From positions 1,472,001 to 1,536,000 of the forward strand of contig JBPOGI010000001.1 of NCBI GenBank assembly GCA_051251855.1: a stretch of DNA of 64,000 bases, given 5' to 3'. Below, piece by piece: positions 57,634-64,000 of this stretch; the first letter of the stretch is position 1, and each line of letters opens with the position of its first letter. The notes beneath the pieces were generated by a model. The model was given only the letters and a program-made list of their open reading frames with translations, searched no databases and was not told the DNA's origin. Made by a program: the position numbers and the translations under genes. The DNA is from Roseibacillus sp. (lineage in GTDB: Bacteria; Verrucomicrobiota; Verrucomicrobiia; Verrucomicrobiales; Akkermansiaceae).

Positions 57634-58272
57634 ATGAAAATCACAACTCTCTCTCTCCTCTTCGCTCTCGCTGCTACCGCAGAAGAGGAAACCACCAAAT
57701 TCATCTCTGGCAGCACTGGCAACGGTGATTTCGAAGCTTCCGAACCCGATGCCGAAGGGGCTCAAGAATGGCAAGACACTCCTCATTGGTTTCACCTCAA
57801 CGGCGTCGAGACCACCGCAGGAAACTTCACTCACGATCAAGGGACCTTAGGTAGTCCGCAAGCCAGCTCCCGCGCTGCTCTTGCCTACAAAGGCCCGGTC
57901 ACAGTCAACGACACCGGATACAAAGTCACCAAAGCTGGCGAAGTTATCGATGTGAGCTATGCCATGGGACGATTTGGAAACGGCTACGACGGCGACGAGT
58001 CACTGCGTGTCTTCTTATTCACTACTGAAAAAGCGATTAACGGTATGCTTGCCAGCGCAGACGTTATCGAAGTCGCCGAAGAAAAAATCGCGGTGCAAGC
58101 TCCTCCTGCTGAAGTTTGGAATACTTATGCTTCCAAAGAACTCTACACCACTACTGCCGACGATGTTGGAAAGACTCTCTATTTTGGCTTCGAACTTGAG
58201 AATAAGTCAGGAGAAGCCGTCTTCCCGAGGGTCGATCTGATTGAAGTTTCGGCGAAAAAAGTGGCAAAATAG
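57634..58272 (+). CDS. Secreted single-domain protein (stand-alone copy of the CBM-like repeat of 4372..7374)
   Basis: Signal peptide, 'SGSTGNGDFEAS', 'VNDTGY', 'FLFT', 'YTTTADDVGKTLYFG', 'VFPRVD'. Confidence 0.8.
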   Translation: MKITTLSLLFALAATAEEETTKFISGSTGNGDFEASEPDAEGAQEWQDTPHWFHLNGVETTAGNFTHDQGTLGSPQASSRAALAYKGPVTVNDTGYKVTKAGEVIDVSYAMGRFGNGYDGDESLRVFLFTTEKAINGMLASADVIEVAEEKIAVQAPPAEVWNTYASKELYTTTADDVGKTLYFGFELENKSGEAVFPRVDLIEVSAKKVAK

Positions 58273-58493
58273 TAATCAGTGAGAAACAGCCTTTCAGCAG
58301 GTTGATTTGGGGCTGAATTTAAACAAAAAATACGTGAGGTTTTAACCACAGCGGAAGTGATCTATTGGAGCTAAGAATCCTTAGGAACGTCTTGGATGTG
58401 AATGAGCGGCAATAGCTACCGAAAAGTAAACCAAACACAACCAATCAGGGCTGTTCTCTCCGAGACAAGCTACTTCACAAACGTAAAAAACTC

Positions 58494-59261
58494 ATGAAAA
58501 AAAATAATATCAAGCTACTCGCAATCCCAAGCGCGCTCACGCTAGCTGCGCTGTCGCAGACGGCCTCTGCTGTGGTCATTTTAGGAGGATCAACCGGCAA
58601 TGCTGATTTCCAAGCCACCACAACCTACCCAAACGGAGGCGGCAATACCGCTCCCTTTTCTAATACTGCTGGCTGGGTAAATATAGGCGGAAGCGAAACA
58701 GGGCCTAGCTTTGGCGCTGCGAATCAACTGAATGCCAGCCCTGATCCCGCGCACGATCCCAAACAAGGTGCCTTCCTGAGCGTTGGTAACGAAGCGGCCA
58801 ACACCACCGGATACACCATCGCTGCTGCTGGCGAAGTCTTCGACACCTCTCTATTCTTGGGTGCCACCGGAGGGTCTGCTGGTTATGGCGATGCTGATCC
58901 AAATGCCCCAGGGAACGGCAACCTTGACGACGAGATGGTGACCATCTTTCTCTTTACCGCACTGGCTCCCGTCGATGACTCCACAGCGCTGGCCAATATT
59001 ACCAGACTGGCCTCGGCGTCATTTGACTTGGACCGATTGGTTTTCGGCACCCAAACTGTCCCGAACTTCTACACCTCCACCGCAGGTGATATTGGTGAAA
59101 CAGTCTACTTTGGCATCGAACTTATCAACCCCACCGGAGGCAATCCCTTCCCCCGTATTGACGTAGTCACTCTTGACGTGACACCTGTCCCAGAGCCAGC
59201 TTCCGCTGCCCTTCTCGGATTTGGAGCCCTCGGATTATTCGCTCGTAGAAAACGCGCTTAG
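58494..59261 (+). CDS. PEP-CTERM protein carrying the same CBM-like domain
   Basis: 'ILGGSTGNADFQA', 'NTTGYTIAAAGEVF', 'FLFT', 'FYTSTAGDIGETVYFG', 'FPRIDVV', then 'VPEPAS' + TM + 'RRKRA'. Confidence 0.88.
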   Translation: MKKNNIKLLAIPSALTLAALSQTASAVVILGGSTGNADFQATTTYPNGGGNTAPFSNTAGWVNIGGSETGPSFGAANQLNASPDPAHDPKQGAFLSVGNEAANTTGYTIAAAGEVFDTSLFLGATGGSAGYGDADPNAPGNGNLDDEMVTIFLFTALAPVDDSTALANITRLASASFDLDRLVFGTQTVPNFYTSTAGDIGETVYFGIELINPTGGNPFPRIDVVTLDVTPVPEPASAALLGFGALGLFARRKRA

Positions 59262-59293
59262 TTCGAACTCGATAATTTCCTCAATTTTAAGAG

Positions 59294-59323
59294 AGCCGAC
59301 TCCAGTATTGGAGTCGGCTTTTT
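59294..59323 (+). terminator. Rho-independent terminator
   Basis: AGCCGACTCCA-GTAT-TGGAGTCGGCT (11-bp stem) followed by TTTT. Confidence 0.85.
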
Positions 59324-59374
59324 CATGTTGGTCGCACTGCTTCTTCCCTGAATTATTCAGAAAAATAAAGTGAG

Positions 59375-59450
59375 CTATGGTCAAAGGGGTCAAAATACAG
59401 AGACCAATATCCCGAAAAGATCTCGGAGGTAACGCCCATTGACCCCATAG
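59375..59450. repeat. Short element with imperfect inverted ends (REP/MITE-like remnant)
   Basis: Left end CTATGGTCAAAGGGGTCAA; right end CCATTGACCCCATAG (reverse complement CTATGGGGTCAATGG). Confidence 0.35.
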
Positions 59451-59562
59451 AACTAGTGCTCCGTATTCCTCATAAATGAATGATAGAATTTTCTATTTTG
59501 AAGGGTTTGATTCAGCTCCCTTTGGTCGTCGAAGAACACTAGGACTATTGGCTAATCCGCTG

Positions 59563-60336
59563 CTACTCTTTCTCGGCAGTCTTTCGCTTCTCAGTTTTGA
59601 AAGCAGGAACATCGTAAAACTTCTTCAGCAGGACAGGACGGTTCTTATCTCCACTATCAAAGGCGAACAAGAAGCTCCGTCTCTCCGGACGGTGACCCCA
59701 CACTGAAGAATAGACCGAATCGATTCTCTTCTGCTTCGCATTTTGAATCCCTAACGACACGTTCACCGAGCCCATCTTGCGACTCCAGGCCGCTCCAGTG
59801 ATCTCAGCGACCTTTCCCGAATCCACCGCTACTTGCGAATTCTTGTCTTGGAAGATAAGAAAGACCTTTTGTTTCGAAAAATTGAAGATGCGATAGTCGC
59901 CCTCCTTTAATGAGCGATCGTCCACCGGGTAAGCTTTCACTCCTGGTGTCTTCGCCTTTTTATTAGGAAAGGCAAAAACCAACAAAGCCCGATCACTCGT
60001 CTTGGGCAATGTCGCCACCACCGCGGGCTTGGGCTTTTCTTTATCCTTTTCCGGTGGGTTCAAATCATTCTTGCTTCGAAAAAATTCCAAACGTCTTGGC
60101 CCCTGATAAAAGACGGGAGGACTAATCCCTTGAGTCCCTGCCGCCAGCTGCACAATTTCGCCGCCATTGCGGTAAAAAAAACCCGGTGAAATCATCCCGT
60201 TAAAGGTGATGGTGATGAGCTCGGTCTTCACGATCTCAGGCTGGTCTTGAGCCTGAACCTCCGAACCGAAGGAAAGAAAGAGCAAGGAAACAAGAGCCCA
60301 CTCGCGGATGCTGCTTTTTAGTTTTACTACTGGCAT
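59563..60336 (-). CDS. Secreted hypothetical partner of the pilin-like gene, paralog 2
   Basis: Signal peptide, directly downstream of paralog 2. 'YRIFNFSKQ', 'SSVW..RP..R..LFAF' align with 'IKFANLSKK', 'SNRW..P...R..FAY' of 50831. Start ATG 60336 or GTG 60378. Confidence 0.75.
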   Translation of the reverse strand: MPVVKLKSSIREWALVSLLFLSFGSEVQAQDQPEIVKTELITITFNGMISPGFFYRNGGEIVQLAAGTQGISPPVFYQGPRRLEFFRSKNDLNPPEKDKEKPKPAVVATLPKTSDRALLVFAFPNKKAKTPGVKAYPVDDRSLKEGDYRIFNFSKQKVFLIFQDKNSQVAVDSGKVAEITGAAWSRKMGSVNVSLGIQNAKQKRIDSVYSSVWGHRPERRSFLFAFDSGDKNRPVLLKKFYDVPAFKTEKRKTAEKE

Positions 60337-60381
60337 AGAAATTTTAGTTACGGAGAACCTGCGGAAGGGTTTCTTCACCCA

Positions 60382-63300
60382 TCAGATTTCTTCTGTTGCG
60401 AGCCAACGAAAGCTCACGACTTGGAAGCGACGACCGAAGTCTTTATTCACTTCTGACTTAAGATCCTTAGTCGCGGTGTAAGAGGCATCGGCAGAATCCA
60501 AATACTCCGATCGTCGCTGAACCGTGGCCTCGCAAACGGCAACAGCCACAACCTTCCCACTCTTATCGACAGACTGTCCCATCGCACGCACCGCAAAGAA
60601 GTCTGAGCGCGGTTGAATGATTGGCGCGAGGGCCTGTAAAACATCACTCTGCAACACATAACCCGCGAACCCAGCCGCAGTCCCCTCATTTCCTTCGATC
60701 GCTTTCGAGAAAAGCGCCCCTTGAGGCTGGTCGGCTTGTTCGCCGACATTGTCTACCAACGATGAATTCAAGGCCTTGTCCAACGCCGCCTGTAAAACCC
60801 CTTTACGCCGATACTCCTCCTGATCCGAGTCAGGATCGCGATTGACAAATTCCGCTAAAGAACGAAACGGTCCCCGTTGTCTGATCTCTTCTACAATATT
60901 CTCCGCAAGCGAATCCAATTCCTCGTCTGTAATTTTCCGGAAACCGCTCCAGAATGATGGTGATGTGGGACTATCGCCCCCAGTCCAACCCACACTCTGC
61001 ATCGGATGACCAAAGCGAGGCAATCGAACACCATCGCCAGTCTCCCAAGAGACCTCGCTGCCATCCTCACTTAGAACTGGCATCTCGAACCTAGCCAAGC
61101 TGGAGAGAAGAGCTTTCCAAGATTCCTTCGACGTCGAGTTTACATTGAAAGCTCCTTTGATACCTATCCTGGCGGAAATCTCGCGATGGCCATTGCCCTC
61201 ATACCCTTCGAGGATTTCTCCAATCGACTCTTCCCGATCAGTAGACATGAATTGATGGCGACGATTGACGAGCTCGATTTCTCTACTCAATAACTTTTCA
61301 ACGGGATAAGCCTCATCGATATCATCTCCTCCCCCTTCGCTGTAATCCGCGCCCAAGGTAGAGAAAAAATTGTCGTCCCAAATCGACTCGTTGACCGAGT
61401 GCGAGATGTCCACCATGCGAAATCCAGGAACACCCGCAAAGTCGTCTACAAATGTTTGCTCGAGAGGAATTCGAATACTGGCGTAGGAATTACCAAACGG
61501 AAAAGCAGGTTCAAATCCATAACGGGATAACTGAGCATGTTGAAATTGGCCTAAGGAAACCAAAGGCGCTCGGGGAACATCGAAAAGAGGCACGTGGGTA
61601 TTTCCTGCTGAGGAGGTAGAAAAACCGCCAAACATGCGATAGCGCCCGTTGGAAAGCGTAGCTTCGGGAAAAGCTCCCGCCTCATCCTGTCCCTCCGCTA
61701 CCAGCCCACGTCCGGGAGGACCTCCATCCCATGGTTCACTGTCATAGGTCCCTCCCAAAAGAGGAGAGATAAAGTGAAAACCGTCTTCTTGGCTTTCGGT
61801 GGTCTCCGAGCCGTCCCAAAGAGGATTCATAGGACCAAAGCGCGGATTACTATCAACCCATGTCCGAATCTGTTGAGAACCAGCATCGCCGCTCGCAGGC
61901 TTTGCGTCCGTCGCAGTTCGGGTGAAGAAGCGCCACGTTCCAATATGATACGGTGTCAAAGCCAACAACCCGACAGGAACTCGGTCAGCAGCAGAAGCGC
62001 CCCCCGTCTTGACCCACGTGCTCACCACCGGTTCGGGTACGACATAGGTATTTCCATTTTGAACTCCCGTCGAATCCCGCCCAGATTCTGTCATCGGCTG
62101 CCAGATATCAGAAATTCGATGAGCGATATTTTGCGCTCCGCCACCCACCGTAATGTAAGATGAAGTCACTCCATCTAAAATATCATCTCCAAAGTACTCA
62201 CGAGTCCGTGGCTTGACCGAATCCTCGAGGTAAGCACCACCGTAGAATACCTCACTACTATCAGGCACAATTATGGGTTCGCCGGGCTCGTCCTGATCAT
62301 TGGTTCCGTCTCCTTGACTTGCCTCGCTGTATACCAAATCGAAGTCAAATCCACCTTCTTCGCTCCATGTTGGCACCAGCTTGTTGACCCGTTCCATATC
62401 AGCCCTCTCACCTACCGAGAAAAGAAGGAACTCTCCTGGCTCAAAATCAATATCTGGAGTCTGCAACAAAAGCCGTGAGCCATCGTTGTCAGCGGTTGCT
62501 ACTCCCCCCCCCTGCTTCCAGTGTTCCCTCATCCAGACGTTCGTTCGGATCCGGCGCTCCCTGGTAAAGTGATGATCTCCCTCTCCACGGATTCTGGGAC
62601 AGTCCGCATTGATTCGAATATGGGGATAAAGAGCCCACTGCACCTGAATGGACTTTGCTTGAATCTTAACATTGTAGGGATTCCAAAAACCAAGCAATGG
62701 CTTCATTTGCAATTGAAGCTGGTTTCCCATGCGCTGAGGATCGGTTCCCGGAATCGGGGCAGGTTTGGCCGCAATTCGAAAGCCCATCTGCATCATGGCA
62801 AGGACTGGTTGCAAGCTTGAGTTCGTATGCTGAATATCGCGAGACCAAGTGCCACTGTCATGATTGCTATAGGGCGCCCAGTCATTGGTCCGAAGGTCTG
62901 ATGACAAGCCGGGGTTGAAAGAAAATGGAGCAGCCGAACCATCGGCCACGTGCTCCCAAAGACGACCAAAGTTATAAAGATTCCCCCAGTTGGGGCCAGT
63001 TTCAAATCCGCGCTCACTACTGGCTTCAGGAGAGATGAAAAACGTTTCCGCATCCTCAATGTCACTAAAATCATAGATAGGAGCCCCCCTCCGCGAAAGA
63101 CGCTTGGCAGTTGGCATCGCTCCCAGGTGCTCGCTCAGCATTTTCGTATTCTCCTGCTGGGAACTATCGAAGACAACCGACAGATCCGCCTTCATTCCCC
63201 CTTTGATCACATTGACTGGCAAACCATAACCACCGAGGGTCAACTCATGACGAAACTTGTTAGAAATCTTACCCGCCCCTTCCTCAGAAAACAGATCGAG

Positions 63301-63999
63301 TGAACCTATGGTAGGTAATCGTTCTTTGTCAAAATCAGGAGAATCAACGAAAGCCAACTCCCCTTGGTCAGCTCCTCCTCCGAACGATTCGAAGAAGGCT
63401 TCCTGAGTCACACTCGCATTGGCCAACCTCTGCTGTTCGGAGGGTTTCTCCGAACCTTTCAAATCCACCCTCGTTTTGGTTCCTTCGTCAGAAACCCACC
63501 AGGCATATCTTCCGAAAACCTTTTCGTCCGCGACAAGGTCCACCAAGGGAACTCTCACTTCGTCTTCCGGCTTGTTTCCCGAGAAGACTACAATTGATTT
63601 GTCGCTACTCCCATTGGGGGTGTGATATCCAGCAGGGTGACTACCCCCATCCAAGTCGTTGTAGCTGAGAGTCTCATTACCACTCACCAACCAAGCGGGT
63701 TCACCGTCCTCAGCTTGTGTCCCCCAAACTCCTGTCCAATGTTGTTCACCGGCAGTCGGACCGAGTAAACCACTTGTTCCCGTTACCCGTTGATCAGGAC
63801 CAGCATACTTTTGCAAAGCTCCAATTGCCTGAATGAGAGCCAGACGCGCATTGGCTTGCGCCTCAAGCTGCGACTGACTGGCAGAAGTGGCCCTGAGGGT
63901 GGCACTGCTTAAACTCAACAATCCCACCGCAATCAACGAAAGCAGCACCATCATTGTGACTGTGACAATCAGAGAAAAACCCGACGGTTGTTCAAGTGC
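60382..63999 (-). CDS. Giant PilX/GspK-like protein (Verru_Chthon cassette protein A-like), paralog 2, 5'-truncated by window edge
   Basis: Frame stays open past 63954 to the edge (ALEQPSG|FSLIVTVTMMVLL). Same conserved blocks as 47121..50825. Confidence 0.82.
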   Translation of the reverse strand, partial: ALEQPSGFSLIVTVTMMVLLSLIAVGLLSLSSATLRATSASQSQLEAQANARLALIQAIGALQKYAGPDQRVTGTSGLLGPTAGEQHWTGVWGTQAEDGEPAWLVSGNETLSYNDLDGGSHPAGYHTPNGSSDKSIVVFSGNKPEDEVRVPLVDLVADEKVFGRYAWWVSDEGTKTRVDLKGSEKPSEQQRLANASVTQEAFFESFGGGADQGELAFVDSPDFDKERLPTIGSLDLFSEEGAGKISNKFRHELTLGGYGLPVNVIKGGMKADLSVVFDSSQQENTKMLSEHLGAMPTAKRLSRRGAPIYDFSDIEDAETFFISPEASSERGFETGPNWGNLYNFGRLWEHVADGSAAPFSFNPGLSSDLRTNDWAPYSNHDSGTWSRDIQHTNSSLQPVLAMMQMGFRIAAKPAPIPGTDPQRMGNQLQLQMKPLLGFWNPYNVKIQAKSIQVQWALYPHIRINADCPRIRGEGDHHFTRERRIRTNVWMREHWKQGGGVATADNDGSRLLLQTPDIDFEPGEFLLFSVGERADMERVNKLVPTWSEEGGFDFDLVYSEASQGDGTNDQDEPGEPIIVPDSSEVFYGGAYLEDSVKPRTREYFGDDILDGVTSSYITVGGGAQNIAHRISDIWQPMTESGRDSTGVQNGNTYVVPEPVVSTWVKTGGASAADRVPVGLLALTPYHIGTWRFFTRTATDAKPASGDAGSQQIRTWVDSNPRFGPMNPLWDGSETTESQEDGFHFISPLLGGTYDSEPWDGGPPGRGLVAEGQDEAGAFPEATLSNGRYRMFGGFSTSSAGNTHVPLFDVPRAPLVSLGQFQHAQLSRYGFEPAFPFGNSYASIRIPLEQTFVDDFAGVPGFRMVDISHSVNESIWDDNFFSTLGADYSEGGGDDIDEAYPVEKLLSREIELVNRRHQFMSTDREESIGEILEGYEGNGHREISARIGIKGAFNVNSTSKESWKALLSSLARFEMPVLSEDGSEVSWETGDGVRLPRFGHPMQSVGWTGGDSPTSPSFWSGFRKITDEELDSLAENIVEEIRQRGPFRSLAEFVNRDPDSDQEEYRRKGVLQAALDKALNSSLVDNVGEQADQPQGALFSKAIEGNEGTAAGFAGYVLQSDVLQALAPIIQPRSDFFAVRAMGQSVDKSGKVVAVAVCEATVQRRSEYLDSADASYTATKDLKSEVNKDFGRRFQVVSFRWLATEEI

Positions 64000-64000
64000 T

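Noticed and set aside
59476..59706. 76-aa + strand ORF; similarly 53619..53816
   Set aside because: No motifs. The first overlaps a real minus-strand gene and the second needs a TTG start in an intergenic gap.
1..64000. CRISPR arrays, tRNA/rRNA, transposases, SusC/SusD, defence or retro-elements
   Set aside because: No regularly spaced repeats, RNA-gene signatures or matching protein motifs were seen by eye. Intergenic gaps are short.

Overview
A gene-dense, GC-rich bacterial window, most likely from a marine Verrucomicrobiota (PVC) genome. The lineage call is inferred from four PEP-CTERM proteins, Verru_Chthon-cassette-A-like genes, DUF1549/1553, DUF1501, DUF1552/1592 and DUF1800 genes, and PVC-type ECF/FecR and XylR regulators. 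All family names come from motif recognition by eye, not database searches. After the tail of a molybdoenzyme operon (1-2070), almost the whole window is a red-algal sulfated-galactan utilisation region with no SusC/SusD: 7 Cys-type S1 sulfatases, GH2, GH110, a lambda-carrageenase-like GH150, a GH50-like enzyme and a GPH-family MFS transporter. Notable unexplained structure: (1) a 23-bp dyad (WTY-RCGYAY-N5-AWRCGB-RAD) in five intergenic regions, tying the glycosidases to a giant pilin-like protein, a CotH kinase and DUF1800; (2) two paralogous modules of a giant PilX-like protein plus a partner, with divergent cores; (3) two unnamed CBM-like domains shuffled among enzymes, free proteins and a PEP-CTERM protein; (4) three uncharacterised PVC gene pairs inside the locus. 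Together these suggest a pilus/surface-lectin-based glycan capture system in place of SusCD, which is a hypothesis. No rRNA, tRNA, CRISPR array or intact transposase was seen.
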